From Marinobacter sediminum (GTDB taxonomy: Bacteria; Pseudomonadota; Gammaproteobacteria; Pseudomonadales; Oleiphilaceae): a stretch of 40,000 nucleotides of DNA. The notes under the pieces were generated by a model. That model was not told the origin of the DNA, did no database searches, and saw nothing but the letters and a program-made list of their open reading frames with translations. The position numbers and the translations under genes are program-made. Numbering within the stretch: position 1 is the first letter of the stretch; every line of letters starts with the position of its first letter. Location of the stretch: assembly GCF_016820575.1 (NCBI RefSeq), contig NZ_JAEMQH010000002.1, forward strand, positions 1,326,933 to 1,366,932. The letters are read 5' to 3'. Positions 1 to 9,313 of the stretch are shown here, piece by piece.

Positions 1-405
1 ATCTGACCCTAGCGACGACTTTTCATCGTCACCAAGAAATTTGCCTGCGTAGGGGAACACTTCTTTTTCTTCCTCCTCAAGGTGATGCAGTAGCTTGTGG
101 GCAAGATTCTTTGCGTGAGCAAGCCATGCTGGAGAGTCCTGCTCAGCATTAGACAGGGCTTCGATTAACTCATCGAGCTCATGATGCTCAGCGACACTGT
201 GTCTGGCTTTCTCTTGGGTTTCATCAAACTTCATCAACGGGACATAGAAGTAGCGTTCTTCGGCGAGCGCATGGTCTTCTAGCTGCTTTTTCAAGTTCAA
301 AAACAGGCGATCACGCTCTTCGCTGGCGCCACTGGTTGCAAGTACCTGGTCGATCATCTCTCGCTGCTTGTCGTGGTCTGCCCGAAGCTCCTCAAAAATA
401 GTCAT
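1..405 (-). CDS. hemerythrin-like (HHE cation-binding) domain protein; C-terminus lies outside the window
   Basis: ATG at 405..403 opens a frame that runs to position 1 (135 codons): MTIFEELRADHDKQREMIDQ...HSVAEHHELDELIE...KLLHHLEEEEKEVFP. The repeated H-x3-E / HH..EE motifs are typical of hemerythrin-like domains. It is absent from the ORF track because it has no stop in the window. Confidence 0.6.
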   Translation of the reverse strand, partial: MTIFEELRADHDKQREMIDQVLATSGASEERDRLFLNLKKQLEDHALAEERYFYVPLMKFDETQEKARHSVAEHHELDELIEALSNAEQDSPAWLAHAKNLAHKLLHHLEEEEKEVFPYAGKFLGDDEKSSLGSD

Positions 406-654
406 CCTGAATTTCCTTTCTCAAGCTGGATTAAGCCTTGCCTACCTGTTGCTGATGGTGGCCAAGGCGCGATTCAATCTTTTCAACTCAACGTCCCTAC
501 GCCACCCTACCTACATTAGTTCAACGCTGATGCTAAATGTTCTTAATAGCGCCTCGCTGGATGACATGGTTGTGCAATTTCCAGATTTAAACAAATCTGG
601 AAAAAAGCCCAAAAAAATTCATCAGGCTTGTCCTCAAATACGAGCTGGCTCGCA

Positions 655-810
655 TTAGTAATTAGGCGAAGAAATGGTACCGTCCGCTTTGAAATACAGA
701 ACATCATCGGCGACGAGCGCAAACATCAGCCCGTCGTAATAGATGCCATAGCCTCCAAACATGCGCTTGGGCTCGATATCCACAAGGCTTTTAAGCCATC
801 CGGGAGGGGT
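655..810 (-). pseudogene. TfoX N-terminal domain gene fragment (remnant)
   Basis: A frame different from the VOC ORF reads GWLKSLVDIEPKRMFGGYGIYYDGLMFALVADDVLYFKADGTISSPNY*. The RMFGGYG..DG.MFAL..DD.LY.KAD core is the TfoX_N signature. Only about 45 residues are present, with an upstream stop at 813..811. Confidence 0.45.
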
Positions 811-1094
811 TCAATTTCATCTCGGCGGCGACAGCCCTGCTCCTTGAGATACTCGGCCGCATTGCCAATGTCGCTGGTGATGACTTCCAGCCAGATCTCG
901 GCTTGGCTCAAGCCAGGCACCTTATCGAGCCATAGGACCTTGTCCCCGAAGTCGAACCGAGGAGTGTCATCTCCCCCAGTGGCAGGCATCTCTTTGAAGC
1001 GGAGAATATCTCTGTAAAAGCGCACCGTATTCTGATGCTCGTGCGGCGGGATCTTCATCGCAATGTTGCGACCGGGCTGAAATTCTACGTCCAT
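726..1094 (-). CDS. VOC (glyoxalase/bleomycin-resistance fold) family protein
   Basis: ATG at 1094 with GGAGG upstream gives 122 aa: MDVEFQPGRNIAMKIPPHEHQNTVRFYRDILRFKEM... This resembles VOC-fold proteins. The longer track ORF (start 1277) overlaps the neighbouring gene. The 3' end overlaps the tfoX remnant. Confidence 0.55.
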   Translation of the reverse strand: MDVEFQPGRNIAMKIPPHEHQNTVRFYRDILRFKEMPATGGDDTPRFDFGDKVLWLDKVPGLSQAEIWLEVITSDIGNAAEYLKEQGCRRRDEIEPLPDGLKALWISSPSACLEAMASITTG

Positions 1095-1227
1095 GGATTC
1101 ATCGCCTCCGTAGTCTTGGTTAAACCTGCCGTATGACGGAATAAAGCTGCATTGCGCAGAGCGTTGCTTCCATTGGGACCGCAAAGCGGTTAAGAAATTC
1201 TCCAGCCACGGGCGCCTTGTTGGGGCC

Positions 1228-1689
1228 TTAAATCCACCGGCGTACTTCAGACCTGTACTTGTCGTACACCTCACCAAACTGATCGTGCATAAATCGCTCC
1301 TCCGGAACGATTTGAAAGCGGTTTATATACGCGATGAATCCGGGAAGGAACAGCAGAGAAACAACACTGCCCAAGTACAAACCCCACGCACATAGGGCCA
1401 GAAAGAAACCGAAATACATCGGATTTCGGCTGTACCGATAGACACCGCTAACGACCAGGTTTGCAGATTGGTCCGGCACCCTCGGATCTACCGTTGTACC
1501 GGCGGCTCTGAACCGAAGAACACCAAGAATGGCAATGCCAATACCGACGACTGCAAGGCCGGCCGACCACCAGGCCACTCCAGGAATCGAAAAGTATAGA
1601 TTCGGCGCGATACCTGAAATCGCCCACATAGCGGCAATGACCACGACTACCAGTGCAGCGGGCGGAACTTTAAGCTCAAGTGCTTTCAC
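1228..1689 (-). CDS. isoprenylcysteine carboxyl methyltransferase (ICMT)-family membrane methyltransferase
   Basis: 153 aa with multiple hydrophobic helices. It carries the YRYSRNPMYFG motif and a C-terminal EERFMHDQFGEVYDKY typical of the ICMT/PEMT family. Confidence 0.75.
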   Translation of the reverse strand: MKALELKVPPAALVVVVIAAMWAISGIAPNLYFSIPGVAWWSAGLAVVGIGIAILGVLRFRAAGTTVDPRVPDQSANLVVSGVYRYSRNPMYFGFFLALCAWGLYLGSVVSLLFLPGFIAYINRFQIVPEERFMHDQFGEVYDKYRSEVRRWI

Positions 1690-1760
1690 GAAATATTCTC
1701 TCAGTGAGGTCAGTGCCCGACGCCCAAAGCACCGCGTCCGAGCATGCGCCCTGATTGCTT

Positions 1761-2108
1761 TCAGACCAACTTTTCCAAGTATTCCTTCAAGATATGGGCG
1801 TGACTGTGTTTCTTGTCTTTCGCCCCATACAGCAGAATGAGGTTCTTCCGGCTCACTTCTTCAAGGCGCTCTTTGGCGTCTTTTTTATGATCGCTCAGTT
1901 CACTCAAATACTCCTTTCTAAAGTCGCCCCATTTGTCTGGATCATGATCAAACCACTTCCGTAGATCATTGCTGGGCGCCAACTCTTTCCAGTGACCATC
2001 AAGATCAGCCTCAGCTTTGGATATACCACGAGGCCACAAGCGATCCACAAGAGCATGATATCCCTGCGGCAGATCATCATCATAAATGCGATAAATTCTG
2101 ATGTTCAT
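1761..2108 (-). CDS. DUF488 (YeaO-like) family protein
   Basis: MNIRIYRIYD...YHALVDRLWPRGISKAEADLDGHWKELAPSNDLRKWFDHDPDKWGDFRKEY matches the DUF488 pattern. The ATG at 2108 is preceded by GGAGG. Confidence 0.8.
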   Translation of the reverse strand: MNIRIYRIYDDDLPQGYHALVDRLWPRGISKAEADLDGHWKELAPSNDLRKWFDHDPDKWGDFRKEYLSELSDHKKDAKERLEEVSRKNLILLYGAKDKKHSHAHILKEYLEKLV

Positions 2109-2256
2109 TGCGCCTCCGTTCCCTTGCTTCACTCGTCAGAAAATACCCTACAAACTAACGCTGCTGACGCACGCCTGACAAGGTCGTTCAGTGGAGGGTC
2201 ACAATTGTCTATGGGGCTGAATCCCCTGGGAAAAGCGACTTGAACAAGACAACCGG

Positions 2257-3015
2257 TTGAAAAAAACAACCTCGGGTCTAATGTTAGGCCCGCAGGTAAT
2301 GAGATTTTTCACTAATCAAAGGGTGCTTCATTTCATAATGATTGAGCAGATACAGTCAACAATTGACAGCTGGACTCTATTGGCGGGCTGGCTTCTATTA
2401 GTTGTCGCCAGCGTGGCTTGGATGATCCATGACCTCAGAACCAACAACAGCCATATCCCCTCTATCATGCAATGGGTATGGATACTCACAGGCTTCTATT
2501 CTGGACCGATCGGCTTATTAATCTATCGGTATTCCGGGCGTAAACAGATAGCCACCGACAGCCTTTCACGCAAAAGTTTTCGTTCTGTGGCGCATTGTTA
2601 CTCCGGTTGCGGAATCGGTGAGATTCTGGGAGTTCTGATTTCCGTCGGGCTATTTGCGCTGGGAAACTTTTGGGCCGCTGTCGTCACCTTTTCACTGGCC
2701 TATATTTTCGGTTTTGCCCTGAACATCGGGCCAATGATGCAAAATGGCATGGCGTTCAGAGAAGCCTTTAAGGGAGCCTTCCTAGCTGAAACAATCAGCA
2801 TCGTGGTCATGGAGTCTGTTGCGATCACCACGGACCTTTATTTAGGTGGCCAAGCCACCATGAGCGATGCCCTGTTTTGGAGCTCTCTTTATGTTTCCCT
2901 GTCTCTGGGCCTGTTCGCTGCCTGGCCCGCTAATCTCTTATTGATTAGATATGGCTTGAAAGGTGGCATGGGGGACCCCCGTGATGAACACGGTCAACAC
3001 GCCCACTGTCACTGA
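2257..3015 (+). CDS. DUF4396-like integral membrane protein (start uncertain)
   Basis: A polytopic membrane protein with HCYSGCGIGEILG and METV-like motifs as in DUF4396. The track start is TTG 2257; in-frame ATGs at 2281, 2299 and 2338 are alternatives. Confidence 0.6.
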   Translation: MKKTTSGLMLGPQVMRFFTNQRVLHFIMIEQIQSTIDSWTLLAGWLLLVVASVAWMIHDLRTNNSHIPSIMQWVWILTGFYSGPIGLLIYRYSGRKQIATDSLSRKSFRSVAHCYSGCGIGEILGVLISVGLFALGNFWAAVVTFSLAYIFGFALNIGPMMQNGMAFREAFKGAFLAETISIVVMESVAITTDLYLGGQATMSDALFWSSLYVSLSLGLFAAWPANLLLIRYGLKGGMGDPRDEHGQHAHCH

Positions 3016-3120
3016 GCGCCCTACTTGAACACGAGGTTGATGAGATTGGCCAGAAAACCGGCGGACACCTTATGCGTTTCTGCAAGAGCGCCGCTGGCTG
3101 GCCTGTTAGCCGGGTTGGCA

Positions 3121-3408
3121 CTAGTAAGGAGATGGCTCTATCCGTTCAATTAGATAGTCCTTCAACTGAAAGTCGTCACTAAGTATGACCTGAATAGCAT
3201 CCCCACCTAGTTCCATCTCTTTAGGTCCAATATAAATCTCGTAGCCATCCTCCAGCTCAGTGATGGTGACAACACTATATCTGATATCAATTTTTTCGCT
3301 GACCAGTCCATTGGGCAAACTATAAATCCATTCAATTGAATCCAAATGCTGCCTGAAATCATAAAGCTCTGTGTCCAATTTTTTGTCCTTATTGTTTATG
3401 GCTAACAT
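3121..3408 (-). CDS. hypothetical small acidic protein (low-GC ORF)
   Basis: A 95 aa ORF with clearly lower GC than its neighbours. I recognise no family. Confidence 0.4.
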   Translation of the reverse strand: MLAINNKDKKLDTELYDFRQHLDSIEWIYSLPNGLVSEKIDIRYSVVTITELEDGYEIYIGPKEMELGGDAIQVILSDDFQLKDYLIERIEPSPY

Positions 3409-3810
3409 TCAAGTTAACTGATAGCAGGACAACAAAGAAGGGACGAAGCGGTTGTTTGTTCAACCAGGTCGAGACGAGTGCGACTGGATTACAGGCAGTG
3501 CCCAACGCAGAGGGCAAGAGCAAGTATGTTGATAACGGTGAGCTTACCAATGAATAGATGAATGAGTTCAAAGGCAACGGCGCAGACCCCATTCAACCAG
3601 AGCACAACCCTACTTCCACCTCTCTATGCTGATCTGTCAAACGGTTAAAAGCGCTGACAGCAAGGCTGTGCAACGGATCGCATAAGGCGGGCAATCGGAG
3701 AATGGCGATAAACTGGCGGAGTTGTTCGGGAGGTATAGGGCGGACTGGTTCGACCCTGAGCCGAAACCAGTCCTGGCCTGTGCTTCTAGCGAATACTGCC
3801 AGTGCGGCTA

Positions 3811-4356
3811 TCAGCCGACGGGAGACAGAACCTCAATAATCGTGGCGCAAAAGGCGTCGAGATCATCGGGAACACGGCTGGTAATCAAGCCATTATCGTT
3901 ATGAACCTGCTCGTCGACCCAGTGGCCGCCGGCGTTCTGAATATCGGTTTTCAGGCTCGGGAACGATGTCAGGGTGCGGCCACGAACCTGTTCCGCTTCA
4001 ATGAGCGTCCAGGGTGCATGGCATATCGCTGCCACCGGTTTATGCTTGTTGCAGAACTGCTTGATCAGCGAGACAGCGCTTTCATCCATTCTCAGCGCAT
4101 CCGGGTTGGCGACGCCGCCGGGTAGAATCAGTGCATCGTAATCGTTTACATCGGCATTCGCTGCCGTTTTATCCACCGGAAAGGTATGCGCTTTATCCAG
4201 GTGGTGGTAACCCTGGATATCACCTTCTTCCAGCGAGATCAGATGCAACTCGGCACCAGCGCCCTGCAGGTCTTTCCAGGGTCGGGTCAACTCAACCTGT
4301 TCGACACCATCGGTCGCGAGAAACGCAATTCTTTTTCCATTTAATGGTGCACTCAT
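3811..4356 (-). CDS. DJ-1/PfpI family protein (type 1 glutamine amidotransferase-like)
   Basis: KRIAFLATDGVEQVEL...DALILPGGVANPDALR...KPVAAICHAPWTLIEA contains the nucleophile-elbow Cys-His. The ATG at 4356 lies 6 nt after AGGAGG. Confidence 0.85.
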   Translation of the reverse strand: MSAPLNGKRIAFLATDGVEQVELTRPWKDLQGAGAELHLISLEEGDIQGYHHLDKAHTFPVDKTAANADVNDYDALILPGGVANPDALRMDESAVSLIKQFCNKHKPVAAICHAPWTLIEAEQVRGRTLTSFPSLKTDIQNAGGHWVDEQVHNDNGLITSRVPDDLDAFCATIIEVLSPVG

Positions 4357-4464
4357 CATCAACCTCCTTATGACCAAATGTTCGTACCTTCGCAGGCACG
4401 AAATACCCTAACGTATTTTTTTTGGTGAAAGCTAAAGATGAACAGATGGACATCCCTGACAGGT

Positions 4465-4713
4465 TCAAACGGAGAACGGAATATACCGCTCATGGAGCTC
4501 ATTGTTATACTCGCCAAGGCGCTCACGAGCATGTTCAAGCTTCTTCCAGGCTTCCTGCAACTCAGCCAAGTCTTCCTCGGCGGGCGCCTGGTCCTTGGTA
4601 CCGCCATCAAGGCTTTCGTACTTGGCATCTATCCGCTCTGCCACGTTCTAGTACTTGGCCCACGCTGCCTGATACCGTTCCCGCTCAGACTTCCAGTCTT
4701 GCACGTTTTCCAT
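4465..4713 (-). pseudogene. 83-codon frame (82 positions plus terminal stop) interrupted by an in-frame TAG at codon 22
   Basis: GAAGGAG SD, then ATG at 4713: MENVQDWKSERERYQAAWAKY-TAG(4650..4648)-NVAERIDAKYESLDGGTKDQAPAEEDLAELQEAWKKLEHARERLGEYNNELHERYIPFSV-TGA(4467..4465). I verified it codon by codon. Confidence 0.35.
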
Positions 4714-4842
4714 TACTTGCCTCCTTCTGATGCGTGTCATTGCTTGGTGTGTTTTCCACTACACCAACCATCACCTTAAGGATGAACAAGGCTCTTTCAA
4801 CCTGGAGCAGATTACGAAATGGACGGATACTGATAGAAAGTG

Positions 4843-5616
4843 TTACTTTGAACTCCTTTGCAAACCCAACTTATATTTTTTTAATAGATCTTTAAACTGG
4901 CTGCTAACTTTTATTTTTTCAAAGCTAAGCTGAAGCTTTCCCACTATTTCTGGATCGGTATTTCTGCTCAAAACAAAGTAAATATCATTGCCACCAAAAT
5001 TAATTAGCCTCTTGTATTTTGAAAAATCAATACCAAGCTTAATCGCCAAGGCTCTGAAGTTTTCCCAGTTATCAACAATTATATCCACTCGCCCCCTATC
5101 TAGCATACGAATCGTTGATTCAATATTAGAAACTTTATAGATGTTTTTTTCGTTTACCCCAAGACTCCTAATATTATTAACGCTTGCATCTCCAATCACA
5201 GTGGCAGCAGTAACATTGTTACCAGAATTAAAGCTCTCCTTAGTTAACGCGCTATATTTTTTAACTATCACATAGTTATTTATCGTATGAAATGGACCAA
5301 TCCATTGGTACATCCCCTCTCTCTCGGGTGTCTTTAACATTGAAAATCCAAGCGTGTCTTTTCTTTTCAGATTAGCGACAAGCCTTGCCCACGGAATAAA
5401 CTTAAAGTCACTCTTAGACTGCATCGAGTTTACGTCTTTTAACATCATGTCCAGAAGATCAACAGCAAATCCTTTTACCTCTCCACTCTCATCTTCAAAT
5501 TGGAATGGATCCCATTCCTCCATGTAAATATCAAGCTTTGGAAATTCACCACTTCCATTCACATGACCTAAACTAGAAAAAAACAAAATCACAAAAAAAG
5601 CTAATATTCTATTCAT
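4843..5616 (-). CDS. periplasmic solute-binding protein family 3-like protein (orphan, AT-rich)
   Basis: 257 aa with a signal peptide (MNRILAFFVILFFSSLGHVNG). The body has the two-lobe SBP_bac_3-like pattern (WDPFQFEDESGEVKGFAVDL...IPWARL...). No permease or ATPase gene is adjacent. The GC content is strikingly low. Confidence 0.6.
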   Translation of the reverse strand: MNRILAFFVILFFSSLGHVNGSGEFPKLDIYMEEWDPFQFEDESGEVKGFAVDLLDMMLKDVNSMQSKSDFKFIPWARLVANLKRKDTLGFSMLKTPEREGMYQWIGPFHTINNYVIVKKYSALTKESFNSGNNVTAATVIGDASVNNIRSLGVNEKNIYKVSNIESTIRMLDRGRVDIIVDNWENFRALAIKLGIDFSKYKRLINFGGNDIYFVLSRNTDPEIVGKLQLSFEKIKVSSQFKDLLKKYKLGLQRSSK

Positions 5617-5984
5617 ATATCACCACGTGAAGCTTTATATGATATATCGCAAGAAAGGAAATAATAAACGAACACTTCCGCGCAGCGACCGCCGAAAACG
5701 GGAGCGGACGTATTCTGGCTCATCACAGCATAAATATGGTCAAGCCGGCGCTTGCCGAATGCTTCGGCAGTCAACTTATCAACAGCTTCTATCGAGCGAC
5801 TATCAAGTGCATGGGTAAAGGCGAGAGTGGCTGAACCAAGATCGAAGCCTACAGGTTTCAGACACGCGTAAGGCGCACCTCCAGATGCAAGACATGTAAG
5901 GATATGGGACTCAGGCAGCTCCCTCGTGAAAACCTCGGGCAGCTTCAACTCGAAAGTGCTCACCCAAGAGAAACCGCACGGCAA
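5613..5984 (-). CDS. hypothetical protein, translationally coupled to the downstream SBP-like gene
   Basis: A 123 aa ORF. Its TGA overlaps the ATG of the 4843..5616 gene in an ATGA arrangement (5616..5613). I recognise no family, and the C-terminal codons extend into the AT-rich segment. Confidence 0.3.
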   Translation of the reverse strand: MPCGFSWVSTFELKLPEVFTRELPESHILTCLASGGAPYACLKPVGFDLGSATLAFTHALDSRSIEAVDKLTAEAFGKRRLDHIYAVMSQNTSAPVFGGRCAEVFVYYFLSCDISYKASRGDI

Positions 5985-6181
5985 CTAGTCGTAAGCATAA
6001 TGGGCCTCATGACGTGGCCATCGAAGCAATACAAGAAGTATAGGTGCAAAACGCAAAACAGATTGGTTTTAATTGGCTGGCCGGCACCAAAGCTGATCTT
6101 TGAGACTGACGGTGCGTATCACCGGCAGTCCAAAATGGTCTCTTGTTAAAGGGACTTTTCCCTGCCCCAAATTAACCTGCC

Positions 6182-7105
6182 CTATTGGTGCGCCAGCGCG
6201 TAGTCGATCGCCGCACACACCGCAGCAGCCTGCGCGGCATCGCATTGCTCGGAGGTTATACGGGAGCTGTCAGGATAAACCTCAGTGGTCGTTTTGTAGG
6301 GCGCTCTGGTGACACTGGCACACAGCCCCAACTCATTGAGCGGGTACTGGATCACGCCCCGGGCGACCACCGGTGAGCCGAAGATCTCGCCGCGGTCATC
6401 GGCAGGAGCGATATACGTAACCCGCTCCACCGCTTCAATTATCGCCTGCTGAAATTCAGGCTGCGGGTTCTCGGTATCAGCGACCAGATAAAAACCGTCG
6501 GGAATCCCGCCCGGCTCGAAGGGCTTGCCATCTCGGGCCGCCAGCGCAGGGCGAAATTCGGATTCGTCGGTGTCGGTGGTCTCGTGCAGGTCGATATGCA
6601 ATAGCGCACGATCACGCACGGGCGCGACCAGGCGCATGAGTGCGGCCGACTCTTCAGCCGGACTGTCTTCGCGGAACGAACGGTTCGGGTCCACCGCGTT
6701 CGGGTTCCAGCGGTGAATGCGCTCGTAAGCCCAGGGGCTGACACAGGGTGCGACCAACAGGTTAGCGCGGCCCGCGTATGCTTCTGCATGCTGATCGAGA
6801 AACTGCAGCCCGCCGTGCACACCGCTGGTTTCGTAGCCGTGCACTCCCCCGGTTATCAGTACAACCGGCAACTCGTCACGCCAGTCGCGGCTCCTGATCG
6901 CCATCAACGGATAGCCATCGGAGCCGTAGTCGAGATGGCCATACTCTTGCACGTCGAAGCACGAGCGCAAGCGCTCGATCACACTCAACACCTCCGACTC
7001 GTAGCTGCGTTGACGAGTCTGCCGTGACAACCACTCTGCGCGTTCAGCGTCGCCCCAGGGAGTGCCTGACGTACCAATTGGATAGGGCGTAAGAGCCGTG
7101 TTCAT
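6182..7105 (-). CDS. M14-family zinc carboxypeptidase-like protein (AstE/AspA-type)
   Basis: 307 aa with LITGGVHGYETSG (H-x-x-E zinc ligands) and HIDLHETTD (third ligand region). Confidence 0.7.
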   Translation of the reverse strand: MNTALTPYPIGTSGTPWGDAERAEWLSRQTRQRSYESEVLSVIERLRSCFDVQEYGHLDYGSDGYPLMAIRSRDWRDELPVVLITGGVHGYETSGVHGGLQFLDQHAEAYAGRANLLVAPCVSPWAYERIHRWNPNAVDPNRSFREDSPAEESAALMRLVAPVRDRALLHIDLHETTDTDESEFRPALAARDGKPFEPGGIPDGFYLVADTENPQPEFQQAIIEAVERVTYIAPADDRGEIFGSPVVARGVIQYPLNELGLCASVTRAPYKTTTEVYPDSSRITSEQCDAAQAAAVCAAIDYALAHQ

Positions 7106-7150
7106 GTTGCTTTTTCTCCAGTAAAAATAGATGCCGGCGGGCAGAAGTGT

Positions 7151-7804
7151 TTAGATGTAGCGGCTGTCGCCTGGAAACACTACCAAGTCATCACCTTCCT
7201 GCCAGGGCTGGTACTTGACCATGACCTTCTGGAATATTGGGTGTTCCAACCAATCCCTCAGCCATTGCTGTAGTTTCGGATAAGGTAGGCTGTAAAACAC
7301 CTCTCGATCGACATGGGCGAACTGCCTTACAAACGGCATGATGCCAATATCAGCAATGCTGATGTTTTCCCCCAGGAGATACCGATTCTTGGCTAACAAG
7401 CTCTCTAACTCCTGTAAAAACACCTCGCCGTTCTGCCGGTACTCCAGCTGTGTGAGTTCTGGGTGGCGATCAGCGTATTTATAGCGATCCAGCCAGTGTT
7501 TAAATTCGTTATCGTTACGCTCAATCAGGGCATCGGCGCGTGCTAAATCGACGCTTAACAAACCGTGCGGATCGCTCTGCTGCAGCGCCCACTCCAGTAT
7601 TTCCCTGCTTTCCTCGATCACGAGACTCCCGGAGCTATCACGCTCGGCCAGCTCCAGAACAGGAACCGTGCCTTTTGGGCTGATTGCCAGCATCTGCGCC
7701 GGTTTGTGTTTCAGCACGATCTCCCGCAGCTCCACGTTCAGCTCGGCAAACAAGATACCGAGGCGAGCGCGCATGGCGTAGGGGCAACGACGGAAGGAGT
7801 ACAA
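7151..7804 (-). CDS. glutathione S-transferase family protein
   Basis: YSFRRCPYAMRARL...SPKGTVPVLEL forms a thioredoxin-like N-domain, followed by a helical C-domain. The start is TTG at 7804. Confidence 0.8.
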   Translation of the reverse strand: MYSFRRCPYAMRARLGILFAELNVELREIVLKHKPAQMLAISPKGTVPVLELAERDSSGSLVIEESREILEWALQQSDPHGLLSVDLARADALIERNDNEFKHWLDRYKYADRHPELTQLEYRQNGEVFLQELESLLAKNRYLLGENISIADIGIMPFVRQFAHVDREVFYSLPYPKLQQWLRDWLEHPIFQKVMVKYQPWQEGDDLVVFPGDSRYI

Positions 7805-7878
7805 ACGATGCAGTGCAACAGTGATGGCGAGCCTCCTGGCTGAATTGACTGAGGTATAAATCGGGCGGCGCTTTCCGG

Positions 7879-8229
7879 TCAGGACGTCGCAGCAACTACC
7901 GAGATTTCGACCTTCAACTCAGGAGACGCCATCTGCGCTTGCACACAAGCCCTGGCTGGAGCTGCGCCTTCAGGTACCCAGTTATCCCACACTTCGTTTA
8001 GGGCTTTGAAGTCAGCCATATCAGCAAGGTAGATGGTTGCAGACAGAATTTTATCCCGGCCGGAACCGATGCTCTCCAGCAGCTCGTCCACTTTCTCCAG
8101 CATCCCGGTTACCTGGGTATGAATGTCACCATTCCTGTCCTTGGCCACCTGGCCGCATAGGTAAGCGGTACCATTGTGTTTTACGATCTTGCTCATGCGG
8201 TTATTGGTGGAAATGCGCTCAATAGTCAT
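7879..8229 (-). CDS. RidA/YjgF family reactive-intermediate deaminase
   Basis: [29 protein letters not shown]...[21 protein letters not shown]...[22 protein letters not shown] at 8229. Confidence 0.85.
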   Translation of the reverse strand: MTIERISTNNRMSKIVKHNGTAYLCGQVAKDRNGDIHTQVTGMLEKVDELLESIGSGRDKILSATIYLADMADFKALNEVWDNWVPEGAAPARACVQAQMASPELKVEISVVAATS

Positions 8230-8380
8230 TGCTGTCGCCTTTTGGGAAAATGAATGTACAGTCAGAGGGCTCATGCGACCCCCGAATTGCCGGGTATGCC
8301 CAACACCTGCATTAAGAATATAATCACGGGCCAAGCCAGACCTTCTCTACTTCAGAATTCCAAGCCTCGGGCCTATTACT

Positions 8381-9313
8381 GTGAGCACCCCGTATCGAAG
8401 TGAAAAAAAACAAGCCAAGCCTGCGAACAAAGGTCTGCACCCGAGGAATTTACACAACCAGGGCTATGACTTCCAAGGCCTCGTGAATAGCCACCCAGCG
8501 CTCGCCCCTCATGTGAAACCGAACGCTCATGGCAACCTGTCCATCGATTTCGCAGACCCATTGGCGGTAAAAACGCTCAACGCCGCGTTGTTGAACCGAT
8601 ACTACAACATTGTCGATTGGGATATTCCAGAGGGCGCGCTTTGCCCCCCAATCCCAGGCAGAGCGGATTACATCCATTACATGGCTGACTTGCTCAAGCC
8701 TGACCAAGCCAACATCAAACTGCTCGACATAGGGACGGGAGCCAATGGAATCTACCCGCTACTGGCCTGCCAGATCTACGGCTGGCAGTGCGTGGGAAGT
8801 GACATTAACACTGAGTCGCTGGAGAACGTAGCCACGATTATCGCCAACAACCCCACACTCAAAGACCGCTTCACGCTGCGCACCCAGCACGATAAAAACC
8901 ACATTTTTGAAGGGATCATTCAGGCCGGGGAGTTCTTTGACGTCAGCGTGTGCAACCCACCGTTTCATGCCTCACTCGATGAAGCACTGAAAGGTAGCCA
9001 GCTCAAGCTCGACAACCTTGCCCGTAGTCGCGGTGAACGAAACGCAAACACCACATCCCCTACCCTAAATTTTGGTGGGCTGGGAGCAGAGCTTTGGTGC
9101 AAGGGCGGCGAGCAGCTGTTCCTTAAAAAGCTCATAAGAGAAAGCCAGCAGTATTCAACTCAATGCCGCTGGTTCACCAGCCTGGTTTCAAAAGCCGACA
9201 ATGTTAAGCCTGCGAAGAAGTTGATTCGAAAACTCGGTGCCGTTGATGTTCGGGAAATAGAGATGAAGCAGGGTAAAAAGATCACCAGGATATTGGCCTG
9301 GACGTTCATCTGA
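8381..9313 (+). CDS. rlmF: 23S rRNA (adenine1618-N6)-methyltransferase RlmF
   Basis: GLHPRNLH...YDF..L....P.L......N..G..SIDFADP.AVK.LN.ALL, IPGRADYIH and the CNPPFH catalytic motif are characteristic of RlmF/YbiN. Confidence 0.9.
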   Translation: MSTPYRSEKKQAKPANKGLHPRNLHNQGYDFQGLVNSHPALAPHVKPNAHGNLSIDFADPLAVKTLNAALLNRYYNIVDWDIPEGALCPPIPGRADYIHYMADLLKPDQANIKLLDIGTGANGIYPLLACQIYGWQCVGSDINTESLENVATIIANNPTLKDRFTLRTQHDKNHIFEGIIQAGEFFDVSVCNPPFHASLDEALKGSQLKLDNLARSRGERNANTTSPTLNFGGLGAELWCKGGEQLFLKKLIRESQQYSTQCRWFTSLVSKADNVKPAKKLIRKLGAVDVREIEMKQGKKITRILAWTFI

